Positions 48,241 to 58,395 of a DNA stretch of 64,000 nt are shown here, one piece after another. A model generated the notes under the pieces. It ran no database searches. It saw nothing but the letters and a program-made list of their open reading frames with translations, and had not been told where the DNA came from. The stretch comes from an uncultured cyanobacterium (GTDB lineage: Bacteria; Cyanobacteriota; Cyanobacteriia; Cyanobacteriales; CAWUOF01), in the NCBI GenBank assembly GCA_963744145.1, contig CAVUSO010000001.1, positions 5,184,001-5,248,000 on the forward strand, written 5' to 3'. How positions within the stretch are numbered: position 1 is the first letter of the stretch; each line of letters opens with the position of its first letter. A program made the translations under genes and the position numbers.

Positions 48241-48543
48241 ATGCAAAGGGAAAGCATTTACGGTTTTGGCGGCTATGGTTTTAAAGGTGTTATGGGTACT
48301 TTATCGAAACTGGCAAGCATAACAACGATAGTTGTTAGCATTCAACTTAACTCGGCTGGTATGACCCCTGCCCTAGCAGATTCCTCCATACCTAGCAAAA
48401 TGTTATTCCATCAAAGATCAGACCAATCGTCACTTTTAGCTGATTACGAACCACCAGCAACTGAAGGTAGTCCTGGTAAGACTGGGGATGCAGGAACACA
48501 CTGCATCCCCAAACCGAATCTCCAAACAGCAGCAATTACTTAA
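48241..48543 (+). CDS. Small putative secreted protein
   Basis: Signal-like ...TPALA|D followed by YEPP..GSPGKTGDAGT; true start may be 48292. Confidence 0.55.
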   Translation: MQRESIYGFGGYGFKGVMGTLSKLASITTIVVSIQLNSAGMTPALADSSIPSKMLFHQRSDQSSLLADYEPPATEGSPGKTGDAGTHCIPKPNLQTAAIT

Positions 48544-48575
48544 AAGTAGATTAATTCTGAAAAAAGCTGATCAGA

Positions 48576-50330
48576 CTAAAGATCCGCTGAAAGTAAATCG
48601 GTAACTAGGGGCTTTGAAGGCCACCAAAGTTGGTTTTGGACTAAAGTATGAACTTGCCACTCTGGCTCGGCTGTAGGGAAATCTTCACGATAGTGCCCAC
48701 CACGACTTTCAGCGCGAAATAAAGCGCTCTTGAGAATTAAATAAGCGACATCTAGTAAATTGCGTGTTTCTCCCCAAATCCTTATTTGTTGATCAGGATC
48801 AGATAAAGCCAACCGGACGGTCGAGTTGATAGGTAAATTGAGTAAAAATTGGCTCACGGGCAAAGCTGCAAATTTGTGTTGCCAAAATTCGACCTTGGCG
48901 ATCGCAGTGCTAAGAGTTGATGCTTGTCGAGAAATTCCCGCACTTTGCCACACCAAACGGGATAATTCTTGTCGCAGCTCACTCAGATCCATTCCTAAAT
49001 TTAACCAATCGAATTCAGGATGTAATTGATTCAACTCTGACTCGATCGAAATAGGTACATCTAACTCCGGAATTTCCAGATCAGCCAATTGCGCCCCAAA
49101 AACTATACATTCTAATAAAGAATTGCTAGCCAAACGATTAGCACCATGTACCCCCGTACTAGCAGTTTCTCCTACCGCATACAAACCAGGAATGGAGGTA
49201 CGACACATTAAATCCGTCGCAATTCCCCCCATCCAGTAATGAGCTGCGGGTGCAACGGGAATTGGTTCATGGAAAACATCTATTCCCCAGTCTTGACATA
49301 CCTGAATAATATTAGGAAAACGATGGAGAATCCGCTCTCTCGGAATTAGACGTAAGTCTAACCAAACATTACTCCGAGCCGGATCGACTCCTAGTCGTTG
49401 AAAATGACTAAAAATAGCACGACTGACTATATCTCTAGGTGCTAATTCTCCAGCTGGATGGTAATCAAAGGTAAACCGATATCCTTGATCATCAACTAGA
49501 TGGGCTCCTTCACCCCGCACTGCTTCACTAATTAGAAAACGTGGTGCTGAAGCCTTAGTTAAAGCCGTAGGATGAAATTGGACAAACTCTAAATCCCTGA
49601 GCAAAGCACCCACACGCCAAGCGATCGCGACTCCATCTCCGGTACTAACGGTAGGATTAGTTGTTTGGGCAAAAACTTGACCACCCCCACCAGTCGCTAA
49701 CACCACTGCTGATGCGTGCACCCAGCGAATTTGACTTTGATAATAAAGTAGTAAGCCTTGGCATCTGTGTTGATCGGGATTTAACCACAGATCAATGGCA
49801 AAAGCTGGAGATAAAACTTGAATATTTTCACGTCTGAAGACTTGATCGGCTAAGGTACTAACCACTGCCCGCCCTGTCGTATCGGCTGCGTGTAATACCC
49901 GTCGCTGGGAGTGGGCTGCTTCTAAAGTCAAGGCTAAAGCATTACCCTGTCGGTCAAAAGCAACTCCTAGATTGAGCAACGATTGAATAGTTGCTGGTGC
50001 TTGTTCAGCTAAGAATTTGACCGCTTCCTCGTCACATAATCCAGCTCCAGCCCGGATCGTATCTTCAATATGGAGCTTGGGAGAATCTTCTGGAGCGATC
50101 GCTGCCGCAATCCCACCTTGAGCCCACTCACTAGCTGATCCAAACAAAATATCTTTGGTAATCAAACCAACCTGCAAATGACTAGGTAGACAGAGAGCAG
50201 CATAGAGTCCAGCCGCACCAGCACCTACCACCAGTACGTCAAAATGTTTGGGTAGATCCCCACTGAAAAGATTTACCAATGAAAAATCGCTCCCTGTTAA
50301 TGGGGTTGAGCTAGATTTGATTTCTAACAT
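48576..50330 (-). CDS. nadB: L-aspartate oxidase
   Basis: GAGAAG, WAQGGIAA, QFHPT, HYWMGG, GVHGANRLASNSLLE, ESRGGH. Confidence 0.96.
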   Translation of the reverse strand: MLEIKSSSTPLTGSDFSLVNLFSGDLPKHFDVLVVGAGAAGLYAALCLPSHLQVGLITKDILFGSASEWAQGGIAAAIAPEDSPKLHIEDTIRAGAGLCDEEAVKFLAEQAPATIQSLLNLGVAFDRQGNALALTLEAAHSQRRVLHAADTTGRAVVSTLADQVFRRENIQVLSPAFAIDLWLNPDQHRCQGLLLYYQSQIRWVHASAVVLATGGGGQVFAQTTNPTVSTGDGVAIAWRVGALLRDLEFVQFHPTALTKASAPRFLISEAVRGEGAHLVDDQGYRFTFDYHPAGELAPRDIVSRAIFSHFQRLGVDPARSNVWLDLRLIPRERILHRFPNIIQVCQDWGIDVFHEPIPVAPAAHYWMGGIATDLMCRTSIPGLYAVGETASTGVHGANRLASNSLLECIVFGAQLADLEIPELDVPISIESELNQLHPEFDWLNLGMDLSELRQELSRLVWQSAGISRQASTLSTAIAKVEFWQHKFAALPVSQFLLNLPINSTVRLALSDPDQQIRIWGETRNLLDVAYLILKSALFRAESRGGHYREDFPTAEPEWQVHTLVQNQLWWPSKPLVTDLLSADL

Positions 50331-50425
50331 TAACCTTACTTTAACGAGAGCGACCTCAAATTAGGGCTTTTTTTTAACTAATGACACCAAATGCTAAATC
50401 CGTACTAACAACTTAGACCGGATTT

Positions 50426-50848
50426 CTATTTATATACGCCATTGTTAATTCGATCATTACCCTCGACCAGCGCTTGTTCAACTGGTGTTACCGTAAAATT
50501 ACTGAGATTAGCTTGCAGAACTTCTTTCTGGTGCTCGCTTAAACCCTTTATTTCCAGAACATCTTCCACCTTTGCATAAGGAGCATAACGGACGATGATG
50601 CTAGCTAAAGTCGGGTAAAGTCCTTTATGTTGGCGAAATGCACGGACATTAGTATTATTCAAATCAATTTTTTGGCCAAATTCTGTGGACAATTTCACAT
50701 CCACTTGGTTTTCCACAGCCAATAGGGGTGATGTGCCCCATTGTCCCAGGTGAAAATCTGCCGCGATCGCCGATGGAGAGCCACCAAATCCCACTAAACA
50801 GCCGATCAACAGTCCGAGCATGGCCACTATGCGTCCAAAGCTTTTCAT
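50426..50848 (-). CDS. psbU: Photosystem II extrinsic protein PsbU
   Basis: [27 protein letters not shown]...DRINNGVY, with signal peptide. Confidence 0.96.
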   Translation of the reverse strand: MKSFGRIVAMLGLLIGCLVGFGGSPSAIAADFHLGQWGTSPLLAVENQVDVKLSTEFGQKIDLNNTNVRAFRQHKGLYPTLASIIVRYAPYAKVEDVLEIKGLSEHQKEVLQANLSNFTVTPVEQALVEGNDRINNGVYK

Positions 50849-50935
50849 CAATTTATTCTCCCTCGATTTACACACAGCATTATTTATTTAGAGACTACCA
50901 TCTCTGTTGAAATTCTTCCTAAAAGGTTCTCATAT

Positions 50936-51928
50936 TTACGATTCTGATTCAGAATTTTTTCTTTTTACCACCGCATCTAGATCCGCAAAGGAGCCCGCAT
51001 AGGTGATCGTCGGTTTTTCATACCCTTTTAAGTTGACTGTATATTGTTTGAAACGGTTTTTCGCTGTTCCTAAAGCACAAAGGTAACGATAGGTAGTTTC
51101 TCCTAACGCTATATCCATCCCAATTTCCTTGGTGGAGGTCTCTAAACGAAAAGCCGCATTCACCGTATCTCCCAAAGCGGTATAATCTGGGCGATCGCCA
51201 CTGCCCGTATTACCTACCATGGCATAACCCGTATTAATACCTGCTCCAATCCGTAAGGGAAAAGGTAGAGGGTATTTTCCGGTCAATTCTTCTGTGGCTT
51301 TATGTAAATCACTCAGGGCTTGAAAAATCCTCAATACTTCTGTATTACTTACTTCCGTTGAGCCATGAAACCAGACCGCCATGACCGCATCACCGATATA
51401 TTTATCAACCCAGCTTCCTTGCTCCCGAATAATATTGCCAGCTTGACGGAACCAAGTGCCAATTAATTCCGACAGAATTTGCTCATCTAATTGTCTGGTT
51501 AAACCTGTGAAGTTACGGATATCTACTACCATCACCGAAATTAATCGGCGCACATGTAAAGCTGCCGTAAAATCTTGGGGGTCTTCATCAACTTGATGGG
51601 AACTGGTTGAACTATGAAATTCTAGTTCAATTTGACCAAAGGTCAAGCGATCGCCATTTTGTAAGGTGACAGGGATACTGACCCGGCGTCCATTGACAAA
51701 TGTGCCATTGCGACTCCCCAGGTCTATTAAATAAAAATCTCCCGTCTCCATCCGCTGTAACATGGCGTGGTTGCGGGAAATCCATCGATCTGGCAGTACA
51801 AAGTTGTTATCTTCACTACGGCCAACAGTCCAGCAATTACTACCAACCAAAGGCAGATAACGATTACCAGACTCGGTGCGAAGTAACAGATAAGGAGTTG
51901 GTTGCAACGTCACCACAGGCTGAGCCAC
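50936..51928 (-). CDS. FHA-domain class III adenylate cyclase (Cya1-like)
   Basis: FHA GR..SR.HA..S.NGT; cyclase DIRNFT, DKYIGDAVM, GDTVNAAFRLE. Confidence 0.9.
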   Translation of the reverse strand: MAQPVVTLQPTPYLLLRTESGNRYLPLVGSNCWTVGRSEDNNFVLPDRWISRNHAMLQRMETGDFYLIDLGSRNGTFVNGRRVSIPVTLQNGDRLTFGQIELEFHSSTSSHQVDEDPQDFTAALHVRRLISVMVVDIRNFTGLTRQLDEQILSELIGTWFRQAGNIIREQGSWVDKYIGDAVMAVWFHGSTEVSNTEVLRIFQALSDLHKATEELTGKYPLPFPLRIGAGINTGYAMVGNTGSGDRPDYTALGDTVNAAFRLETSTKEIGMDIALGETTYRYLCALGTAKNRFKQYTVNLKGYEKPTITYAGSFADLDAVVKRKNSESES

Positions 51929-52038
51929 GACTACTGGTCGTTTAGAAACTTTAATAATAAGCAGTATAGACGACCCTTAGTTTATCCCGAATTAGCACAA
52001 CTTAGCTATTGTGATCAATACTTAAGTTTGTCCTTTGT

Positions 52039-52752
52039 TTACACAACTGAGGCAGCTAACCCAAACAGGCTGTCTACCAAAATTGTACTTAATACTGCAC
52101 CGCTAAATGCCCACCCAGGTAAGTGTGGGGTTAATTCTTTTTGGTGGGAACGCAAAGGTAACAGACCAACAACTAAGAGAATTATGCTCAAAATTATCGC
52201 CCAACCTATACCCCAAGGTGTTTTTACTTGGGCGATCGCACTTTGAAAAATCGGTATTGTTAGTTCTGGTTCTACCTCCATAATTTTCCGCCAGTAGGGA
52301 ATTAGATCCACTAGATAAAAATATATATCAGTGATGGCAGTGCCAAATAAGGAACCTAAATAAAACCAACTGCCAATTTGCCATTTTTGCTGTCTGAGAC
52401 ATCCGATGATTACTGGTAAGGCAATTGCTTCTACTGGTAGGTGTAGCAGGGGTTCCCAGCGCAACCAGCCCCAATAAATTGAACCAGCTAACCAACTCCA
52501 GCTAAATCCGAAGATTAAGTCTCCCCAGATTTTAGTTGATTGATATTTTATGAGCCACTGACTTAAACCTAGCCAGCCAATCGTGATGATCAGACTTAGT
52601 TCTGGCAACTGTCTTACTAATGGTGCTTCGATAAATACTGGTACTGATACTAATAATACAGCAGTCGCAAATACCCATCCAGTTTGGGGCTTGATCAAGC
52701 CCCCTGCTACTGGGCGGGTGATTAATGGGGAGGGTGGTGTATAGTAGGACAA
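52039..52752 (-). CDS. DUF3120-family membrane protein
   Basis: LVSVPVFIEAPLVR, SWLAGSIYWGWLR..P..HLPVEA, WAFSGAVLSTILVD. Confidence 0.85.
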   Translation of the reverse strand: MSYYTPPSPLITRPVAGGLIKPQTGWVFATAVLLVSVPVFIEAPLVRQLPELSLIITIGWLGLSQWLIKYQSTKIWGDLIFGFSWSWLAGSIYWGWLRWEPLLHLPVEAIALPVIIGCLRQQKWQIGSWFYLGSLFGTAITDIYFYLVDLIPYWRKIMEVEPELTIPIFQSAIAQVKTPWGIGWAIILSIILLVVGLLPLRSHQKELTPHLPGWAFSGAVLSTILVDSLFGLAASVV

Positions 52753-52918
52753 AATTTTGTTAATCTTTCTTATTTAATTTACGTTTCTTAACATATCATA
52801 AAATATCCCCCTAGGGGGGATAAATTTGAGATTATTTTGGTTGATGACAATCAGTAGGCAATTTTGCCTGATGCCGTTAGGCTAGACCAAGAAAGATGTT
52901 TGCAAGTTTGAAATTTTT

Positions 52919-53815
52919 ATGATGTCTTCTTTTCTACTAGCTGTCTCTACCTGTACCAACGATGAAGCAGTGGACTTAGGCTTTGTCCATTTGGGCTGGT
53001 GGAAGGTGATCTTTTTGGGAATTGTCCAAGGAATTACTGAGCTGTTACCGATTAGTAGTACAGCTCATTTAAGAATTGTACCTGGTTTGTTAGGATGGGA
53101 AGACCCTGGATCGGCGTTTTCAGCCGCGATGCAATTAGCCAGTTTTGTCGCCGTGGTCAGCTATTTTTGGAAAGATATTAGCATTTTGACTGGTGGTACA
53201 ATTAGAGCGATCGCCGAAAAAGATTATGAATCCCAAGATTTTCGGATCGCGATGGGAATTATCGTCGGGACAATTCCGGTGTCGATCGCTGGTCTGTTGT
53301 TGAAAAAAACTTTAAATGCTTGCGGTTCACCCTTAAGAAGTTTAGCGGTAATAGGGATTGCCTCGATCGTGATGTCTTTACTGTTAGCTTTAGCAGAAAA
53401 ACAGGGGGGACGCGATCGCGGTTTTAATCGTCTCACTTTATGGGATGGAGTTTGGGTCGGTATTGCCCAAGCATTTGCTCTGATTCCTGGTGTATCTCGT
53501 TCTGGTTCGACTTTAACTGCTGGACTATTTGTAGGAATGGAGCGGGAAACCGCAGCTAAATTTTCTTTTCTTTTAGGTTTACCTACGATTGTCTTAGCTG
53601 GAGCTTTAGAAATCCATGTTCTGATTAATGCTCATTTGGATCTAGATGGTTGGTTCACCTTATTAATTGGGTTAACTAGTGCTAGCATTTCTGCTTTTGT
53701 CGCTATTTATGGTCTACTCCACTATTTAGAAAAGCGCAGTACCTGGATATTTGTTTGGTATCGTTTAGCGATGGGTGTATTTTTATTAGTGAATTTTGGT
53801 TTTGGGACTAATTAG
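52919..53815 (+). CDS. uppP: Undecaprenyl-diphosphate phosphatase
   Basis: GIVQGITELLPISSTAH and ALIPGVSRSGST. Confidence 0.95.
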   Translation: MMSSFLLAVSTCTNDEAVDLGFVHLGWWKVIFLGIVQGITELLPISSTAHLRIVPGLLGWEDPGSAFSAAMQLASFVAVVSYFWKDISILTGGTIRAIAEKDYESQDFRIAMGIIVGTIPVSIAGLLLKKTLNACGSPLRSLAVIGIASIVMSLLLALAEKQGGRDRGFNRLTLWDGVWVGIAQAFALIPGVSRSGSTLTAGLFVGMERETAAKFSFLLGLPTIVLAGALEIHVLINAHLDLDGWFTLLIGLTSASISAFVAIYGLLHYLEKRSTWIFVWYRLAMGVFLLVNFGFGTN

Positions 53816-53878
53816 TTAGGGAAATTTGAGCAGAATTGATTTCCCGGAATGCCAGCGATCGCTGTTGATATATCTAAA

Positions 53879-53928
53879 TATAGATGCACCCTGATTTCCC
53901 TGACCATAAGGTTGGGGTATTTTTTTTT
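53879..53928 (+). ncRNA. NsiR1-like small RNA, copy 1
   Basis: TAGATGCACCCTGAT, then hairpin and T-run; CCCGGA 38 bp upstream of the TAG. Confidence 0.55.
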
Positions 53929-54397
53929 GGCGTGGCATTTCTAGCTGAATTAGCTCAAACCTTGTGCAGCTTTAGCAGCAGAACGTCAACAGACCAAACG
54001 GTTACGCGATCGCGCTAAGGCACTAGGAATTGAGCTAGAAACTTAGGCAGAGAAATTAAATCACTAAGAAAGCTCTGCCAATTATTAAAGATGAAATTTT
54101 TTCTAGTTGCTCGCGATCGCGCTTTCTGGGTTAGAGCGAGCAACTTTGATGAAGCGGCGATTAAGTCAGCTTTTGCCGTCGCCGTAATCACGACACTCAT
54201 ACCGGAGAACTTTCAGAACCTAGGGCGAAGCGCCAACAATATTGTCAGGATTTCGTGCTATAGTAGAATCAGAATGGTTACCGGGAGTTTATTTGATGGC
54301 ACTGGATCTCATGCAAACAGCTTTAGCTCAAAGTATACTTCATGGCATTGGAGACTCGTAATACCATCAATTTCGTTACACAGGAGCTACCTCCATC

Positions 54398-54976
54398 ATG
54401 ATCGTAGCCAAAAACAAACCCACAAACTTAACCCCTGAAGAATACTTTACTTGGGAAGAACAGCAACTAGAAAAACACGAACTGATCGACGGTCAAATTT
54501 ACGCCATGACTGGCGGTAGCAAAAATCATAGCCTCATCTCCGTCCGACTCATTACTTTATTCGCTAACCATCTAGTAGGAAGTGGCTGCGAAACAGGTAA
54601 CTCAGACCTGAGAGTTAATATTGCCCAAACTAATAACTATACCTATCCAGATGTCAGCGTCACCTGCGACGATCGCGATCGAACCACAACCCAATATATT
54701 ACATATCCCTGCTTAATTGTTGAAGTGATCTCAAAAAGTACCGAAGCATACGATCGCGGTGGCAAGTTCAGAATGTATCAAAATAATCCAGTCTTAAAAG
54801 ATTACCTATTGGTTAGTTCCACTGCGATCGAAATGGATTTGTATCACAAAAATGATGCAGGACAATGGATGATTATTAACTATGGAGAAAGCGACAGGAT
54901 TGAACTAAAAAGCATCAATCTCAGTTTCGCCATTGAACAAGTTTATCGGGGTCTAAACCTTACCCCAGAATCTTAA
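54398..54976 (+). CDS. Uma2-family endonuclease
   Basis: KHELIDGQIYAMTGG, YTYPDVSVTCD, LIVEVIS.STEAYDRG.KF. Confidence 0.9.
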   Translation: MIVAKNKPTNLTPEEYFTWEEQQLEKHELIDGQIYAMTGGSKNHSLISVRLITLFANHLVGSGCETGNSDLRVNIAQTNNYTYPDVSVTCDDRDRTTTQYITYPCLIVEVISKSTEAYDRGGKFRMYQNNPVLKDYLLVSSTAIEMDLYHKNDAGQWMIINYGESDRIELKSINLSFAIEQVYRGLNLTPES

Positions 54977-55215
54977 TCGATGCAATTATTTCTAGTTCCT
55001 GTAATATGGTGCGGGTCCGAAAAATCAATACGCATCCAGCATGACAAAAAAACTCTCATTCAATTTCTGGGTGACTTGTCCTCGACCTAACCTCCAGGTA
55101 AAAGCAGGTTGATCTTCGGTGCTATCTGTGACTGTTGGGTCCCTAGCTGCTCTTCACTGCTCACGAATAGAATTTCTTTTCCGAAATGAAGGCGATCGCT
55201 TCTGATGTATCTAAA

Positions 55216-55266
55216 AGTAGATGTACCCTGATTTCCCTAACCCCCACGGTTAGGGTATTTTTTTTT
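55216..55266 (+). ncRNA. NsiR1-like small RNA, copy 2
   Basis: AGTAGATGTACCCTGAT, CCCTAACC/GGTTAGGG hairpin, T-run; TCCGAA 38 bp upstream of the TAG. Confidence 0.55.
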
Positions 55267-55311
55267 CAATGATGGGTGTTACCCCTGAATGGTGATATAC
55301 TTCAATTGTTG

Positions 55312-55358
55312 AGTAGATGCACCCTAATGGTTCGATGTCCAGTAAATGGGCGTTTTTT
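55312..55358 (+). ncRNA. NsiR1-like small RNA, copy 3 (divergent)
   Basis: AGTAGATGCACCCT, weak hairpin, T-run. Confidence 0.4.
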
Positions 55359-55386
55359 CTATGGCTTAACTCTGGTTAAATAATTT

Positions 55387-55608
55387 TTAGGGTAATTCCA
55401 CTAATTTAGTTTTGGAAGATAATCCAGATTTAATCCTAATTTCTGACTTAGGTACATCAAACCTTTTCGCCAAAATTTTAATTAATTCTGCATTTGCTTT
55501 ACCATCGACTGGGGGAGATTGCAAATGTACCGTGAGACTACCATCTGCTTCTTCGATCAGATTGGGAACTTTAGAATTTGGTTTAACTTTGATTTTTAAA
55601 ATTGTCAT
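55387..55608 (-). CDS. DUF167/YggU-family protein
   Basis: KVKPNS...[27 protein letters not shown]. Confidence 0.9.
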   Translation of the reverse strand: MTILKIKVKPNSKVPNLIEEADGSLTVHLQSPPVDGKANAELIKILAKRFDVPKSEIRIKSGLSSKTKLVELP

Positions 55609-55676
55609 TTTCTGATTTGGTTAGTTTCTTGACGTAGTAGAGTGACCTAACCCCCCCAACCCCCTTCCCTTGTAGG

Positions 55677-57394
55677 CTATCCATTAGTCACATCTTTCTT
55701 AACAATCCTGAAACTATTACCCCGTAACGGTTTCAGGATTAATAGTAATTAAGCTACTTGACAAAATGATCCAGAATATGATCTGGTAACGAGTTGGAGA
55801 GTAATAACTATACACCAGCCAATTTAAGTACATAATTTCCAGGTAGCTGCAATATCATGTAATCTTCTTAATCCTCTCCAAATCGTTTTTACTCCCGGTT
55901 CACCATCACCTTTTCGACCTAAAAATCCCCCCAACATCGCGATCATACGGACGGCTTCTTGTAAAGAAGGTGGAGTTTTTGGAGGGATAGGATTTTTAGT
56001 AATAGTCGCACATAAAGATTGCCATTCATGAGTTTCTAAAACCTCAGCACTCGATGCCATTGGATTCGTTCTAGCCGAATATGTAAGCCATAATAAACGC
56101 CAACTTACAATCGTATAAGTCGCTAAGGCCATTTCGATTCTTCGCACGGTTTCTAGTTGTAATTTCTCAATTCCACACCCACTTTTTAGAGTGTAATGAT
56201 AGCGTTCTATTAACCAACGGTATGTATACCATTCTACACATTGGACTGCCGCTGCTAAGTCATTAACTTCCAGACTGGTAATTAACAACCAACTAATCGG
56301 TTTAACTCCGGGTTCTGGGTTTTCTTCTAATGCTAGAATTACTTGTAATTTGACTGGTTGGAGTTGCTTTCGCCCGATATGGTGTGCTGGAACTTGAATC
56401 TCTAAAGTGGCGAATCGTACTGTCAGAACGGCAGTTCTAGCTTGATGTGTCGGATTTCTTTTGACTTCTATACTTAATTCTCCTGCTGCGGGAGTTTGAC
56501 GGATCGCTTGATGTAAATATTGGGCAGAATGGTCTACTTTCCGATTATGAGTACCGCGAATTAGTAAATGGGAATTGGCGGCACGAGGCTGGCTAAATAG
56601 CTCAAATATGTCAGCTTCTGAATCCGCCACGGTTACTACTTGAATATCACTTGGGATTAAATTTTCTGTAACTTTTAATCCTGCCAACCAGCGGTGGCTT
56701 TCCTTTTCTTTAATTTCTCTTTCCCGCCGTTTTTTGGCTATCCCCAAATTCGCCAGCTCTCTAGTCCATACCTGTTGCTCAATTATCCCTAATGGTACTC
56801 CTGAAGTGGTTACAGCTAGCGTTGAATGTACTTTTATTCCGGCTGATTTTCGGTGATCTAAATAACCAATCCCTCTCGTGCTAGGATGATTGGTTAAATC
56901 GATATTTGTGGTATCTTGTATTGCTAATACTGTCTGATGCGCTTTAATTCTTTCGATCGTGCTGGCTGTATGTGCCTGTCGGATATCTGATGGCTGAAAA
57001 TAGGGCGACTTCCACAAGTCATAAGCCGCACTAGTAGCTGCACTATTGCCACAAGCTTGTGGGACGCTGCTGGTTGGTTGTGCGGCTAAATCTTCCACCA
57101 ACCGAATTAATCGCTTGTTTCTCCTCGCATCTCCCAAGTCTACTGTGGCTAATTCTTGCTCTGCCCACTTTTCCATTTTTTCCTTCCACCTTACTTCTTC
57201 TTTTCCTCTCTATACTATACTCATCAAGACTTTTCTTCTGAGCGACCACTGCTGTATAGCTCACTCCTAGTCCGCCCGCAGCTCTCAATTGCATATTCTG
57301 TGCAATTAGTCAACTCCACCTGCGGCCATGAATCCTGAAACCGTTACTAGGTAATAGTTTCAGGATTGTTAAGAAAGATGTGACTAATGGATAG
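55677..57394 (-). mobile_element. Complete IS4-family (IS50/Tn5-like) element, 1718 bp
   Basis: 64-bp TIRs (62/64) starting CTATCCATTAGTCACATC; 10-bp TSD CCCTTGTAGG at 55667-55676 and 57395-57404. Confidence 0.93.
55824..57176 (-). CDS. IS4-family transposase
   Basis: WA..EL..VDLGDARR..R, QDTT, VADSEAD, YTYRWLIE.YH..LK (YREK), GGFLGRKGDGEPG. Confidence 0.95.
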   Translation of the reverse strand: MEKWAEQELATVDLGDARRNKRLIRLVEDLAAQPTSSVPQACGNSAATSAAYDLWKSPYFQPSDIRQAHTASTIERIKAHQTVLAIQDTTNIDLTNHPSTRGIGYLDHRKSAGIKVHSTLAVTTSGVPLGIIEQQVWTRELANLGIAKKRREREIKEKESHRWLAGLKVTENLIPSDIQVVTVADSEADIFELFSQPRAANSHLLIRGTHNRKVDHSAQYLHQAIRQTPAAGELSIEVKRNPTHQARTAVLTVRFATLEIQVPAHHIGRKQLQPVKLQVILALEENPEPGVKPISWLLITSLEVNDLAAAVQCVEWYTYRWLIERYHYTLKSGCGIEKLQLETVRRIEMALATYTIVSWRLLWLTYSARTNPMASSAEVLETHEWQSLCATITKNPIPPKTPPSLQEAVRMIAMLGGFLGRKGDGEPGVKTIWRGLRRLHDIAATWKLCT

Positions 57395-57533
57395 CCCTTG
57401 TAGGGAAGGGGGAGTAATTAAGAGGATTAAATTATGGGAGATTGATCGGATTTATTCTGCTCCCCTTTCCTCCTAGGAGAGGGGTTGGGGGAGAGGTCTT
57501 TCCGAAACTTTCTGATCCTAAAAATATCCGGGA

Positions 57534-58202
57534 TTACTCAAATAGTAAACTAGGTGATGTCAAAACAAATACATCTCTAGTTCCTTCGGCTTCAAGTATT
57601 GGTTTAATGGGAGTAGTAAAGTGAAAATAATCATGGTCATTAACTAGCAGTAGTTCCCCAGGATGGAGAACCTTTTGAAAAACTGGTTTTTCCTTTTTAC
57701 CGATATAAAGATGTGTTTCCCCTCCTTGAATATTTTCCCGATCGACTGCAAAAATTCCAATAAAATCACATCCATCTTGGTGGATACCTTCTGGAGCTGG
57801 GTTACCAAAATTTTTCGGTGAACAAGTAGTCCTAATCTGATGAACTCCAATTTCTACTTCGGGAGCTAGTTTACAGTAATTACTAAATTCTAAAACCAGT
57901 TTTTTAAATTCATTCATTTGGGTCATTTTTTCATCTATTTCAGCAAAATCCCGTTTAATATCCCCCATGAGCGGATTATAACTTTTAGGTTGAAATAAAT
58001 AACCATGGGGGAGTTTGATTAACTCATCCTTAACGATTTTAAATCTTGACAATCTGCGCGATCGGTAATTCCCCTTTATATATGGATCAATGGGAAGATC
58101 CGTAAAAAAAGCTTTTAATTCTTGGAGCTTAATTGAGTCAACTCTTTCTAATGCAAAGCTGATTCCATAAGCTATTTCCAGCGATCCCCATAATGTTTGC
58201 AT
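57534..58202 (-). CDS. 2OG-Fe(II) dioxygenase (2OG-Fe_Oxy_2/IDO-like)
   Basis: RSRRLSRF, VHQIR, PEGIHQDG (HxD), FHFTTPI, RDV. Confidence 0.85.
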   Translation of the reverse strand: MQTLWGSLEIAYGISFALERVDSIKLQELKAFFTDLPIDPYIKGNYRSRRLSRFKIVKDELIKLPHGYLFQPKSYNPLMGDIKRDFAEIDEKMTQMNEFKKLVLEFSNYCKLAPEVEIGVHQIRTTCSPKNFGNPAPEGIHQDGCDFIGIFAVDRENIQGGETHLYIGKKEKPVFQKVLHPGELLLVNDHDYFHFTTPIKPILEAEGTRDVFVLTSPSLLFE

Positions 58203-58395
58203 GGTTTTTTATGCCTCTAAGCTCGATCCCCTTTTTCAATTTATCCTGAATAGGGGTGATATTTTTAAGTATATAACAATAATTTTAAAGATATTGCTAC
58301 TTAAAATACAAAAGTTGCAAAGGTATGGTAAAGAAAGCGGAATGTCAGTATATACTCACAGACCGCTGATGATAATTTTGGGGGACAAAGAAAAA

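Noticed and set aside
54015..54438. ORFs 54015-54200 and 54091-54438
   Set aside because: No recognisable family; the region looks like decayed fragments (for example an ERQ..RL...ALGIE tail near 53970-54033).
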